Numbered from the stretch's first letter, positions 9,554 to 22,520 are shown. The stretch: 64,000 bases of DNA from an uncultured delta proteobacterium (GCA_963774445.1 CAVZFC010000035.1:197470-261469), one strand, 5' to 3'. Notes: generated from the letters alone by a model not told the origin. Numbers and translations are program-made.

Positions 9554-10401
9554 CGCGGCATTCTATGCGTCCCTTCGCGCGCGCGCAGCCGGCGGGCAAT
9601 TTCTCGATAGATCGGGCGGGCGTCGAAGGCGCGCGACCAGCCGATCTGCGCCCAGTGGTCGGCGTCCAGCTCGGCGATCACCTCGCCCCAGCGCTGCGAC
9701 TGGACCGGCACGATGCCGTCGCTCGATCCGGCGCGGCGTGCCATCAGCCGGCGGCCGGCGCGGAGGAGCGGATTGGCGCCCTCGGTCGGCGTGCGGCCGA
9801 CGACGCTGGCGTAGTAGACGCGCGGATGATCGGGGACGTCGGCGTTGAAGAGCGCCATCCGCTCGGGCGTCAGCCACTCGCTGGCGTCGGACGAGATGCC
9901 GGCGCGGGCGATGGCTCGGCGCAGGCCGGCGACCGGCGGCAGGTTGCCCAGGCGCGCCAGCGGCGTGCCGTGATGGGGCGAGCCGATGGTCACCAGTGAG
10001 GCGACTCGCTCGGCCAGGCCGAGGTGGGCGATCGCGTAGCGCGCGTCGACGCCGCCCATGCTGTGGGCGACCAGGTGGACGCGCGGCGCCTCCAGCGCAT
10101 GGACCGCGCGGGCCAGGGCTGCGGCGCGCTCTTCCACCGACGCCGCCGGCGGCAGGGTGACCACGTGCACCGGCGCCCCGACCTCTTCCATCGCTTCGCC
10201 GACGCCGCGGAAGTAGCGGTGGCGTCGACCGAACAGCTCGATCTCACCCCAGCCGAGAAAGCCGTGCACGAGCACGATCGGGTAGGGAGGCGCAGTCGGG
10301 GCGTGGCGCCGGCGCCAGGCGAGGAGCGCCAGCGCGGCGACCGCCCCGGCGATGACGAGGGCGTAGAGGATCCACATGGCGGGAGCGGGAGGGAGCTTCA
10401 T
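9439..10401 (-). CDS. secreted alpha/beta-hydrolase lipase/esterase (triacylglycerol lipase family)
   Basis: N-terminal TM/signal anchor, oxyanion-hole motif VLVHGFLG, and the nucleophile elbow AHSMGG. ATG at 10401. The low-complexity Pro/Ser tail at the 3' end overlaps the decarboxylase. Confidence 0.8.
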   Translation of the reverse strand: MKLPPAPAMWILYALVIAGAVAALALLAWRRRHAPTAPPYPIVLVHGFLGWGEIELFGRRHRYFRGVGEAMEEVGAPVHVVTLPPAASVEERAAALARAVHALEAPRVHLVAHSMGGVDARYAIAHLGLAERVASLVTIGSPHHGTPLARLGNLPPVAGLRRAIARAGISSDASEWLTPERMALFNADVPDHPRVYYASVVGRTPTEGANPLLRAGRRLMARRAGSSDGIVPVQSQRWGEVIAELDADHWAQIGWSRAFDARPIYREIARRLRAREGTHRMPRWTRTTANAPASPASPPRSTPSPPPSKRSPTPSRAPTG

Positions 10402-10431
10402 GATGCCAGGCGGATCGCCTGAAGCGAACTC

Positions 10432-11151
10432 TCATCGCGCAAGCCCGCGGATGTTCACGGTCCGCGGCGCGCCAGCACGAAGTAGTGATCCAGCGGGCGC
10501 TCCTCTCTGAAGGCGGAGCCGATCGAGACGTGAGTCGAACACCCGGCGCATGAAGTCGCGGGTCCGGTCGTAGACGAACTGCTGCGCGCCGCGGCTGTTG
10601 GGCACCACCTTGGGCCAGCAGTCGGGGACCGGGCCGTCGGGCACCTGGAAGTAGTCGATGACGACGGCGCCGCGCGCCTCCCAGTGTGGCCGGCCGGCGG
10701 TGGGCACGGCGACGAAGAAACCGGGCCCGACCAGGCGCCGCGTCGGTCCCTCGTTGTAGCCGAACAGTCAATCGCTGCCGTCGTCGGGGCGGCTGAAGCG
10801 CTTCTGGAAGCGGCGCAGGGGCGGCGGCAGCGGCAGCGTGTTGAGGCCGTCGTGGATCACCTCGGTGAGCGGCGGCGCGCCGCCGACGAGCTGCTCCAGG
10901 TCGATCGGCGCCGACTCGGCGGCCTTTTCGTAGAGCATGCGCTGCCGCGCGCGAGAGAGGCCGCCGACCTCTTCCCAGCGGGCGGGTGCATCGAGTTGAT
11001 CGAGGAGCGCGGCGATGGCGTCGATGCGCGCGGCGGGGTCGTCGATGAGGGCGTCGAGCTGCACCGGGCGATGGTAGCCGCACGGCGCTGATGGCGTCAG
11101 GCGCGACTTCCGTTCATGCGGAAACCGCAGGACGGGGGATCCCTCTGCCAC
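10432..11151 (-). pseudogene. hypothetical protein gene interrupted by an in-frame TGA at 10768-10770 (pseudogene, sequencing error, or recoded)
   Basis: Two track ORFs (10768..11151 and 10432..10707) share a frame, and my reading finds no other stop between them. Both halves have protein-like composition (…RFQKRFSRPDDGSD*LFGYNEGPTRRLVGPGFFVAVPTAGRPHWEARGAVVIDYFQVPDGP…). The gene lies 30 bp upstream of the lipase. Confidence 0.4.
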
Positions 11152-11212
11152 CTGTTGTTAGCTTCGCCACGTTCGCCAGCTTCGCGACGCAGCGTAGGCT
11201 TTCGCGGTCGCC

Positions 11213-11542
11213 ATGCAGAGCAGTGAGCCATTTGCCAGGATCGATCTCGACGAGTTGGACGAGTTGATCGAGGAGCCGGCCGAGCCGGTGCCTCCCCCCG
11301 GGCGGCGGCACCGTCGCGCGGGCACCGAGCCGGTCGAGAAGCTCGACCTCAACCGCGCCAGCGTCGAAGAGCTGGAGCTGTTGCCCGGCCTGGGCCCGCT
11401 TCGCGCCCGTCGCATCATCGCCTGGCGCAATCAGAGCGGACCGTTCGAGAGCCTCGAAGACCTGCGCTTCATCCGCGGCCTGGGTGAGCGTTCGGTCGCC
11501 GACCTCGCCCCCTACGTCATCGTCCGCGCGAACCGCCGCTGA
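11213..11542 (+). CDS. ComEA-like helix-hairpin-helix DNA-binding protein
   Basis: The C-terminus LDLNRASVEELELLPGLGPLRARRIIAWRNQSGPFESLEDLRFIRGLGERS matches the ComEA tandem HhH consensus. The N-terminus is acidic with no obvious TM segment. Confidence 0.75.
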   Translation: MQSSEPFARIDLDELDELIEEPAEPVPPPGRRHRRAGTEPVEKLDLNRASVEELELLPGLGPLRARRIIAWRNQSGPFESLEDLRFIRGLGERSVADLAPYVIVRANRR

Positions 11543-12986
11543 GCCGAACGCGGACCAGGTGGCCTTCGGGCACGAGCGTGAAGCTTCCGCCCGTCATTAG
11601 ACCGACCGGGTAGTAGAGGTAGACCGGCCGGCCGCTGGCGACCAGCTGGCCCAGGCGCTGGGCGGGCGGTCGCGTCAGCACGGTGACGTCCGGGCGGGCG
11701 CCGCGGACGATCTGGAAGTAGTCGTGGAAGACGGCGTTGCGCTGCCACTCGGGCGGCGTGGTGAAGTTGGCGATGACGGCGCCGGCGGGAAGCTCGCGGG
11801 TGAGCGCCTCGCCGTAGTCGCGTGCGGCGGTGTAGTCGGACAGATCGTTCTGCGCGAAGCTGCCGACCGCCATCGCCAGCGGCAGCGCGCCCAGCGCCAC
11901 GGCGACGCCGCGCGACAGGCCGGGGCGAAGTGCGTCGGCGATCTCTTGCACGCCGAAGCCGGCCAGGAGGCAGAGCGCCGCGGTGGTCGGCAAGAAGAAG
12001 ACCTCGACGTCGTGCACCTTGTAGTCGAAGAAGAAGTAGAGGTTGCCGGCGGCCATCGCCACCAGCGCGGCGCAGGCGAGCGGCCGGCGGCGCAACCCCA
12101 ACACGGCGCCGGCGGCGGCCAGCGCGATGCCGACCCAGCCGAGTTGCTCACCCAGGGAGGTGGCGATGCGCAGCGCGCGGCCACCGGTGGTCGGCACGTC
12201 GAACCAGTGCTTGTAGTTGCCGCCGGTGACGTGCCAGACGAGGCGCTGCCAGGTCTCCGGATCGCCAAAGTTGAGCGCCGGGTGCATCGACGCGCGCAGC
12301 GGCAGCCAGGCGAACACCAGCGCGGCGGCGGCGGCGGCGGCGCCCAGACAGGCGGCGGCCACCAGCAGGCGCCGGCGCAGTTGGTCGCGCGAGAACAAGC
12401 GCGCCAGCTCGCGCGGGCGGTCGACGCGCACGCCGGTGCCCAAGACCAGCAGGCCCAGCCCCACGCCGGTGGTTGCGATCGACATGTGCACGCCCATGCC
12501 GGCGCCGGCCAGCGCGCTGGCGCCGACGAGCAGGCGCGGCCGATTCTCGCGGACGCCGCGCGCGAGCAGCCACAGCACGGCGAAGAAGACCGCCAGGCCC
12601 GGGGTGTAGACCTCGGCGACCACCGCGTTGCCCCAGAAGACCGTGCCGGCGCCGAGGAGCGACGCCGAGAACGCGGCGGCCGGCCGGCGCAGCCCCAGGG
12701 CGCGCCCGGCGCCGAACGCCAGCCCCACGGCGACGGCGCCGAACACCGCGCTCACCGCGTTGACCGCGACGGCCGGGTCAACCGGCAGCCAGGTGAACAG
12801 GTGTGCGATCAGCGTGTAGAGCGGATAGCCGGGCGGGTGCGGGATGCCGATGGTCACCGCGGCAGCGACGTACTCGGCGCTGTCGTACCAGTAGACGGCG
12901 CGACACATCGTCGCCAGGTAGAGCGCGCCGAAGCTCGCCGCCAACCCGAGGCCTAGCCACAGGTCCGGACGGCGCGGTCGGTTCAC
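11517..12986 (-). CDS. DUF2723-family polytopic membrane protein (TMEM260-like, putative glycosyltransferase)
   Basis: YWYDSAEYVAAAVTIGIPHPPGYPLYTLIAHLF plus ~10 TM helices. The start is taken at GTG 12986, which overlaps the WS/DGAT stop (GTGA). The upstream ~134 codons of the track ORF are rejected as GC junk. Confidence 0.7.
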   Translation of the reverse strand: MNRPRRPDLWLGLGLAASFGALYLATMCRAVYWYDSAEYVAAAVTIGIPHPPGYPLYTLIAHLFTWLPVDPAVAVNAVSAVFGAVAVGLAFGAGRALGLRRPAAAFSASLLGAGTVFWGNAVVAEVYTPGLAVFFAVLWLLARGVRENRPRLLVGASALAGAGMGVHMSIATTGVGLGLLVLGTGVRVDRPRELARLFSRDQLRRRLLVAAACLGAAAAAAALVFAWLPLRASMHPALNFGDPETWQRLVWHVTGGNYKHWFDVPTTGGRALRIATSLGEQLGWVGIALAAAGAVLGLRRRPLACAALVAMAAGNLYFFFDYKVHDVEVFFLPTTAALCLLAGFGVQEIADALRPGLSRGVAVALGALPLAMAVGSFAQNDLSDYTAARDYGEALTRELPAGAVIANFTTPPEWQRNAVFHDYFQIVRGARPDVTVLTRPPAQRLGQLVASGRPVYLYYPVGLMTGGSFTLVPEGHLVRVRLSGGSRGR

Positions 12987-14422
12987 GCGATGCTCTCGGC
13001 CGGGTCGTCTCGAGCGGCCGCGGTTTCGAGCGCGGCGAACGACGCCTCGAGGTCGTCCGTGAAATCGTGAAGATCCGGCATCGACTGCCAGTCGCCGACG
13101 AGGCCCCAGCACAGGCTGCCGGCGTAGCTGAACAGCGCGATGCCCAGCGCCTGGTTCTCGATCAGCGGCACCAGCGGGAAGACTTCCTGGATCCGCGCGC
13201 CGAGAAGGTAGAGCGGGAACGGCGGACCGGGCACGTTGGTGATGACCACGTTGTAGGCGCGCTGGCGGCCGGCGGTGCGCAGCACCTGCTTGACCAGCGA
13301 TGTCGCGGTCAGATCGCTGATCTCCTCGATCAGCGCCGTGCTCTCGACCTGCCGCGACTGGGTCTTGAGGTGGGTCATCACCTCGCACACCCGCTCGAGG
13401 CAGAGCTGCGGGTCGGCCACCTCGATCGGCAGGTGGGCCAACATCATCGCCACCTTGTTGCCGCCGGAGCCGTGCTCACCCTGCTTGCGGATGCTGACCG
13501 GCACCAGCGCGCGGAAGTCGGTCAGGTTGCGCACGTCGGCGCCGCGGCGCTCGAGAAAGCGAGCCAGCGCCCCGGTGGCGGTGGCCAGGACCACGTCGTT
13601 GAGCTTGGCGCCCAGCGCGCGCTTGACCGCCTTGACGCGCTCGAGGTCGACGCGCCAGACGTCGAAGCGGCGGTGCGGTCCGATCTTGCGCGGGTTGATC
13701 GGCGTGGGCGACGCCGGGACGATGCCGGCGGCCAGCGAGTCGGCCAGGCCGATGGCGGTGTCCTTGGTCTCTTCCCACCAGCCGCGCGGATCGCGGGCCG
13801 CGGCGCGCAGGCGATCGAACACGGTGCGAGAGCCGCGCGCGCGGTGCTCGAGCTCGGCGGCCAAGAGCTCGGCCGACGACGGCGGCGGCGCCGGCTCCCA
13901 CGGCGCGGGCGCCGGTGGCAGCGTCTGATCCGGCGTGCCGCGCAGTAGCGCGGTCATGAGGTCGACGCCGGCGACGCCGTCGATCATCGCGTGGTGGATC
14001 TTGGAGATCAACGCGAAGCGGCCACCGGTCAGTCCCTCGACGATCCAGACCTCCCACAGCGGCCGCGTCCGATCGAGGCGATGCGAGAAGATGCGGCCGG
14101 CCAGCCGCTTGAGCACGCGCTCGTCACCCGGCCGCGGCAGCGCGGTGTGGCGCACGTGGTAGTTGATGTTGAAGTCCTCGTCGTCGACCCACACCGGGTG
14201 ATGCAGCCCGGGCACCCACGCCAGCTTCTGCCGGTAGCGCGGCAGCTTGGCGATGACCGCTTCGAAGTAGGGGGTCAGGGTCGCGAAGTCGATGCCGCCG
14301 TCGGCGGTGGCCAGTGGGCCGGACTCCAGTACCACCAGCGCGCCCACGTGCATGTGCGCGCGGTCGGTCTCGATCCCCAGAAAGGACGCATCCAACGCCG
14401 AAAGCCGCTGCCACCTCGCCAC
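12983..14422 (-). CDS. wax ester synthase/diacylglycerol acyltransferase (WS/DGAT) family
   Basis: Catalytic HHxxxDG motif (SKIHHAMIDGVAGVDL) and the N-terminal LSALDASFLGIETDRAHMHVG signature. GTG start at 14422; alternative ATG at 14548. The remainder of the 1248-aa track ORF is antisense junk. Confidence 0.85.
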   Translation of the reverse strand: MARWQRLSALDASFLGIETDRAHMHVGALVVLESGPLATADGGIDFATLTPYFEAVIAKLPRYRQKLAWVPGLHHPVWVDDEDFNINYHVRHTALPRPGDERVLKRLAGRIFSHRLDRTRPLWEVWIVEGLTGGRFALISKIHHAMIDGVAGVDLMTALLRGTPDQTLPPAPAPWEPAPPPSSAELLAAELEHRARGSRTVFDRLRAAARDPRGWWEETKDTAIGLADSLAAGIVPASPTPINPRKIGPHRRFDVWRVDLERVKAVKRALGAKLNDVVLATATGALARFLERRGADVRNLTDFRALVPVSIRKQGEHGSGGNKVAMMLAHLPIEVADPQLCLERVCEVMTHLKTQSRQVESTALIEEISDLTATSLVKQVLRTAGRQRAYNVVITNVPGPPFPLYLLGARIQEVFPLVPLIENQALGIALFSYAGSLCWGLVGDWQSMPDLHDFTDDLEASFAALETAAARDDPAESIA

Positions 14423-14551
14423 GCCGCCACCATACCCGGGACCGGATTCAGTCGGCAAGACGCGGGAATCATTCGGCTCCTTTGATGCGCGCGGGCCACC
14501 CCGGCCGCCGGCCTCGGTGCGCACTTTACTGCTCCCGACCGGCAGCATAAT

Positions 14552-16528
<1,977 letters not shown>

Positions 16529-16538
16529 GAGCCTCCCC

Positions 16539-17819
<1,281 letters not shown>

Positions 17820-17851
17820 CGAAGTCTGGTCGGGTAGCCTTCGCGCCAGCG

Positions 17852-18178
17852 ATGGCCAAGAAACCGAAACGCCCGCGCGTGCCGCGGCGGGTAGACGAGC
17901 GCCGGCTGCGCCGGGAGGTTCGCGAACGCGAGGCCCTGGCCGCGGCGTTGCCCGGCGGCACGCCCGAGCGACCGATCGAAGTGCCCACGCCCGCGGTGAT
18001 CGAGGGCCGCGCCCGGCGCGCGCCCTGCCCGCAGTGCGGCGGCAAGCTGCAGATCGAGGATCAGGCGGCGCTGCCGCAAGAGGACGGCGGCATCCTGCGC
18101 GAGATCCAGATGATCTGCACGCGCTGCCACGTGCGTCGCAGCCTGTGGTTCCTCGTGGTGCGGCCGGCGATCAACTGA
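17852..18178 (+). CDS. small basic zinc-ribbon protein (CxxC…CxxC)
   Basis: MAKKPKRPRVPRR… with CPQCGG and CTRCH pairs. Confidence 0.45.
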   Translation: MAKKPKRPRVPRRVDERRLRREVREREALAAALPGGTPERPIEVPTPAVIEGRARRAPCPQCGGKLQIEDQAALPQEDGGILREIQMICTRCHVRRSLWFLVVRPAIN

Positions 18179-18222
18179 CTGATCGACGGCCGGGGCCGTG
18201 GCCGGGGACCGCGGCGGACCTA

Positions 18223-18417
18223 CATGCGGATGTGGCCGGACGACAGCCCGGCGCTCACGACCCACATGCCGTAGACCAGGCCGATGATGACGACCAGAGC
18301 CCCGAGCGCACCCAGGGCCAGGATCCAGTGGCGCGTCCACATGCCCTCGGTCATGTCCTCGGGCGGCTTGCCGAACAGCTTGTCGACCATGCCGATCGCA
18401 TACCACGGCCGGCCCAT
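18223..18417 (-). CDS. small single-TM membrane protein
   Basis: [45 protein letters not shown]. Only the 3' third of a long junk track ORF looks coding. Confidence 0.3.
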
Positions 18418-18563
18418 CGCTGGCGAGCCCCGGGGGCGCCGCGAGGGCGATTTTGCTGCTGATTCGGGCAGATCTGGGCCTCCGGGGGACGGCCGCTGAC
18501 GGCTGTTCGTTGATCCGCGCCGCGGCCCCGGATACGGTGGAGAGTGCAGCTCAGGAGGGGTAC

Positions 18564-18995
18564 GTGGCGCTGACCTGGATTCGAGAAAAGGTGGCGGTGT
18601 GGGACGCGGGCAAGCAGGGGATCGTCGGGGAGGCCCCGGCGGGGGCGTTCGACCGGCGGTTTCGCACGCTGGTGCCCGGCGCGATCGTCCCTGGAGAATG
18701 GTGGCGGGTAGAAGAGGATGGGCGGGTCGTCGGCTACGGCTGGCTGGACGTGGTCTGGGGCGACGCCGAGATCTTGCTGGCGGTGGCGCCGGGAGCTCAG
18801 CGCCACGGCGTCGGCTCCTTCGTCCTGGAGAAGCTCGAGCAAGAGGCGCGCGCCCGCGGGCTGGCCTACCTGTACAACGTCGTGCGGCCGACTCACCCGG
18901 ACGCGGCGCACGTGACCGCGTGGCTGGTCGAGCGCGGCTTTCAGCCGTCGGAGGACGGCTGCCTCTTGCGCGCGGCGCTGGGCCGGCCCGGATGA
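18564..18995 (+). CDS. GNAT-family N-acetyltransferase
   Basis: Acetyl-CoA-binding motif region [21 protein letters not shown]. The stop overlaps the next start (ATGA). The start may be further upstream (18453). Confidence 0.6.
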   Translation: MALTWIREKVAVWDAGKQGIVGEAPAGAFDRRFRTLVPGAIVPGEWWRVEEDGRVVGYGWLDVVWGDAEILLAVAPGAQRHGVGSFVLEKLEQEARARGLAYLYNVVRPTHPDAAHVTAWLVERGFQPSEDGCLLRAALGRPG

Positions 18996-20284
18996 TCGTA
19001 CGGGCCGCGTGGGTCACGGCGGCGGTTGCGCTGGCCGCTTGTCGCTTCGATCCGTCGGGCGTCGGATTCACCGATGATGGCGGCGGCGCGCGCATCGACG
19101 CGCGTCCAGGCACCGTTGACGCGGCGCAGGGGATGGTGGATGCGCGGCCGGGAAGCCCCGACGCGCGCCCCGACAGTCCGGACGCCAACTGCGCCTGGGA
19201 CTACGATCCGCTCTACTACGATCCGTGTAGCGGCGCCGAACCGACGCCGGGCCCGTCGCTCGACCTGAGCGCGACCGGCATCTACTACTACGACACCGAC
19301 TCCGGTGACCTGCAGCCGCCGTTCGGCCCCGTGCTCATGCCGCCCAGCACGGTGGTGGGGGGGGCGCGGCGCATCCTCACCAGCGGTTTTTCGCTGGGCT
19401 CCAGCTCCACCCTGCGCGTCAACGGCGGCCGCCCGCTGATCATCGTGTCGACCAATGACGCCACCATCGGCGGCACCATCGACGCCAGCAGCGTGTGGGT
19501 CAACATCCCCGGCTTCTACGCGCAGGGCGCCGGCGCGAACCCCGCCGCCTGTCCGGCATCACCGCCCGACCCGGGCGCCACGTGCGCGCAGCACGGCGGC
19601 AGCGGCGGCGGCGCCGGCGCGTTTGGCGGCGACGGCGGTGCGGGTGGCGAGGGCGGCGACGGCCACGATTGCGGTGACGGCGTCAACACCAGCGGCATCC
19701 CCGGCGGGGCCGGCGGTGTGCATCTGAACACCGCCCCGGCCACGATCCGCGGCGGTTGCGCGGGCCGCGACGGCGCGCCCAACAACGCCGCCGATCTGCA
19801 GGGCGCCGGCGCGCCCGGCGGCGGTGCCGTCCATGTGGCGGCGCGCGCCAACCTCACGGTCAGCGGCATCGTGCACGCCGGCGGCGCCGGCGGTCGTCCC
19901 GGCGGCGGCAGCCGCGCAGGCGCAGGCGGCGGCGGCAGCGGGGGCATGATCGGGCTCGAGGCCGCCAGCATCTCGATCGCGAACGGCGGCGTACTGGCTG
20001 CCAACGGTGGCGGTGGTGGCGGCGGCAGCGAGCAGTCAGCGGCGACGGCCGGCGAGGACGGCAAGCCCAGCGCCGCGGCCGCGATCGGTGGACCCGCGCA
20101 GGGCAACGGCAGCGCCGGTGGTGACGGCTCGGCGGCGGGCACGCTCGCGGGCGCCAGCTCGACGATCGCGTCGCGCGGTGGCGGCGGCGGTGGCGGCGGC
20201 GCCGGGTTCGTCGTCCTTTACTCGCCCGCGACACCGGTGGTCGGCACGACCGCCGTCATCTCGCCGGCCGCGACGATCCCGTAG
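18992..20284 (+). CDS. secreted glycine-rich repeat lipoprotein (beta-helix-like)
   Basis: Lipobox signal [17 protein letters not shown], then an N-terminal domain, then long GGxGG tracts interspersed with [11 protein letters not shown] / [14 protein letters not shown] repeats. Confidence 0.6.
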   Translation: MIVRAAWVTAAVALAACRFDPSGVGFTDDGGGARIDARPGTVDAAQGMVDARPGSPDARPDSPDANCAWDYDPLYYDPCSGAEPTPGPSLDLSATGIYYYDTDSGDLQPPFGPVLMPPSTVVGGARRILTSGFSLGSSSTLRVNGGRPLIIVSTNDATIGGTIDASSVWVNIPGFYAQGAGANPAACPASPPDPGATCAQHGGSGGGAGAFGGDGGAGGEGGDGHDCGDGVNTSGIPGGAGGVHLNTAPATIRGGCAGRDGAPNNAADLQGAGAPGGGAVHVAARANLTVSGIVHAGGAGGRPGGGSRAGAGGGGSGGMIGLEAASISIANGGVLAANGGGGGGGSEQSAATAGEDGKPSAAAAIGGPAQGNGSAGGDGSAAGTLAGASSTIASRGGGGGGGGAGFVVLYSPATPVVGTTAVISPAATIP

Positions 20285-20288
20285 CCGA

Positions 20289-21503
20289 TCATTGGCACCA
20301 GTAGCCGATCGTGTCGCCCGCCCACTGGCACATGAGGCTGTCGGCGGCGCAGTCGCGCGTGCGCTCCTGCCCGGCTTCGCACCAGTGGACGACTTGGCCG
20401 TCGCAGCGGCCGAAGAAGTCGAGGCCCGGGCACGGATCGTCAACGCAGTAGACCCCAAGTCGGGCCTCGACCACGTCACAGCGCTGTCCGCACGCGGCGC
20501 AGTCGCGGCTACGCGATAAACCCTGCTCGCACCACCGGGCGACGTCGCCGTCGCAGGCGCCGTAGCCGTCAACCCCTTCGCACGAGTCCGGGCCGGAGAT
20601 ACAGCGGTAGCCGGCCGCCGTTGCGTCCCAGCCGCAGTGGGTTCCCGCGGCGCAGGCGTCGCTCTGGACCGCGTCGCCCGCGCAGTAGACCGCGGCGCCG
20701 TCGAAGCAGCGACCAAGGGCGTCAACGGTGTCGCAGCCGGCGGCGTCGACAATCGTCGGGCCGGTGTAGCCCTCGATCCAAATCCGGTTGGTGTCAACGC
20801 GCGCGAAGTGGTCGATGCCCAGGCAGCTTTCGGCCCCCTTGCTGAGCGCTCCGGCGACGCGAATCGTGCCGTCGTCCTCCATCACCAGCAGCGGCCCGCC
20901 CGAGTCCCCGAAGCAGGTGCCGTGGACTCCCTCACCGTCGATGGCGACGGTGGTATCGGCGACATCGACGATCGGCTCAGCGGTGAACAGTCGCGTGCCG
21001 CTGTCGCCGGTCTCGGTCCGGCCGTATCCAGACGCCTCGGCGGTGCGCCCGATCCAGCTGGCGTCGAGCGCCTGGGTCTCGATCGACAGCGGCACGATCG
21101 ACGGCAACAGCGCGCGCGGATCGCTGGCCAGCTCGACGAGCTCGAGATCCGCCTCCGGTGCGTCAACCACGCGACTCGCCGCGACGCACTGATCGGGCGA
21201 GGCGGGGAGGGTGCCGACGCAGAACGAGGTCCCCACCGGCACGCCGCAGTGCGCGGCGGTGAGCACCCACGTCGGCGCGATGAGCGATCCGCTGCACGGG
21301 CCGAAGGTGCCGATTGCCTGGATCTGTCCGGGCGAGAGCGGCAGGTACTGCGGTGCGGTGGTGCCGTTGTAGATCCGCAGCGCCGAACGGACATCGCCGC
21401 ACGTGTCGGTGCCGGCCGGTCGCTCGTTGTCGCCGCAGGCCCCCGCGCAGACGACTATGGATCCCGCTAGCAGGAGCGCGGGCGACACCGGTCGGCCAGC
21501 CAC
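20289..21503 (-). CDS. secreted trypsin-like (S1) serine protease with three C-terminal cysteine-rich repeats
   Basis: Catalytic triad context LTAAHC…GDSGGPL and a lipobox signal. C-terminal repeats have the form GRCdG…V.WCe.G…RDCA. Confidence 0.85.
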   Translation of the reverse strand: MAGRPVSPALLLAGSIVVCAGACGDNERPAGTDTCGDVRSALRIYNGTTAPQYLPLSPGQIQAIGTFGPCSGSLIAPTWVLTAAHCGVPVGTSFCVGTLPASPDQCVAASRVVDAPEADLELVELASDPRALLPSIVPLSIETQALDASWIGRTAEASGYGRTETGDSGTRLFTAEPIVDVADTTVAIDGEGVHGTCFGDSGGPLLVMEDDGTIRVAGALSKGAESCLGIDHFARVDTNRIWIEGYTGPTIVDAAGCDTVDALGRCFDGAAVYCAGDAVQSDACAAGTHCGWDATAAGYRCISGPDSCEGVDGYGACDGDVARWCEQGLSRSRDCAACGQRCDVVEARLGVYCVDDPCPGLDFFGRCDGQVVHWCEAGQERTRDCAADSLMCQWAGDTIGYWCQ

Positions 21504-21528
21504 TGCCGCCAGGATAGCTCATTGTCCG

Positions 21529-21580
21529 ATGTTCAAACCTTGTACGGACGTTGTTCAAAGCTTCGACGGCTTGAACGTAG
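21529..21580. promoter_or_regulatory. candidate operator: three GTTCAA half-sites including an imperfect palindrome TTGTTCAAAG-N9-CTTGAACG, in the divergent promoter between the S1 protease and Cys-rich lipoprotein genes
   Basis: Read from the sequence in a locally AT-richer 207-bp divergent intergenic region. Confidence 0.25.
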
Positions 21581-21710
21581 CGTCAGGCGCAACACTTACA
21601 ACTCTCGCAGAAGATCCGGGAGGCTGGCAGGTTCCCTCTGATGGCATGGTGATTGCTCTTACACCCTTTTCGTACAGGCAGACCACTGCTCCAGCCGAGG
21701 AAGGGGATCC

Positions 21711-22496
21711 ATGATGAGGCGTTTCGCAGAACTTCAGGCCATGACCATCGCGTTCGCAGCGCTGCTTGCGGGTGCGTGCACCACCGACATCGCCAGCACG
21801 CCCACCGGCGATCCGGTTCACAACGAGCCAATTGCCGATGGCTTCACGTTGGTTCACGGAGACACGGTCAACGGCGTCTACGCGACCTATCGCGACGGTG
21901 ACGTGGCTTTCCGCCTGGAGTCGCGGGTGGTGGGCGACCAGGTCCGGGCCACGGTGCGGACCGAGGACAACCAGCTGATCACCAGCCTGACCGTTCCGCT
22001 CGGAACCGATCAGGAAGTCGGCTCCAATCTGGGCACGCTTGCGCGCGCCGCGGCGTCGCAGCCGGCGGCCATCCCGGTGGACAACCTCCTTCCTTACTAC
22101 AGCGCCGCGCTGCAGAAGGTGTTCGACGCCACCGGCAAGATGGACCGGTCCACCGTGCGCTTCGCCCTGATGTGGCAGGAGGAGGTCCTGATCCGCGAGC
22201 TGAAGGATCCGACGGCGACCGACGTCTCCCGCGACACCTGGTGGGACGATCAGGTCTACGACCTCGACGATCCCAACGAGCTGGTTCACACCAACCTGAT
22301 GATCGCACCGTACGTCCAGAGCTACCGCACGGCGCCTCAAGGAGGGCAGGCCGAGGCCGAGAAGTGCAACCTCCACTGCAAGTGGTACGACGTCTGCTGT
22401 CAACACGACGAAGCGTGCGTCAACTGCGACCACTGGTACTGCGGCTGGGACTGCTGCCCCGGTTGCTTCGGCGGAGACTGCGGCGGCTGTCAGTGA
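21711..22496 (+). CDS. lipoprotein with an extremely cysteine-dense C-terminal tail
   Basis: Signal/lipobox AALLAGAC. The C-terminus is CNLHCKWYDVCCQHDEACVNCDHWYCGWDCCPGCFGGDCGGCQ. Divergent from the S1 protease gene. Confidence 0.6.
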   Translation: MMRRFAELQAMTIAFAALLAGACTTDIASTPTGDPVHNEPIADGFTLVHGDTVNGVYATYRDGDVAFRLESRVVGDQVRATVRTEDNQLITSLTVPLGTDQEVGSNLGTLARAAASQPAAIPVDNLLPYYSAALQKVFDATGKMDRSTVRFALMWQEEVLIRELKDPTATDVSRDTWWDDQVYDLDDPNELVHTNLMIAPYVQSYRTAPQGGQAEAEKCNLHCKWYDVCCQHDEACVNCDHWYCGWDCCPGCFGGDCGGCQ

Positions 22497-22520
22497 GCTA
22501 GCGAGCAGACTGAACCGAAC

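Noticed and set aside
10768-10770. Selenocysteine interpretation of the in-frame TGA
   Set aside because: It is not excluded, but no Cys/Sec redox motif context and no SECIS-like hairpin were recognisable by eye. It is kept as a low-probability alternative in the findings.
12987-13388. N-terminal 134 codons of the DUF2723 track ORF
   Set aside because: It overlaps the WS/DGAT coding region in another frame, has a junk composition, and a GTG at ~12986 gives a sensible TM-helix start.
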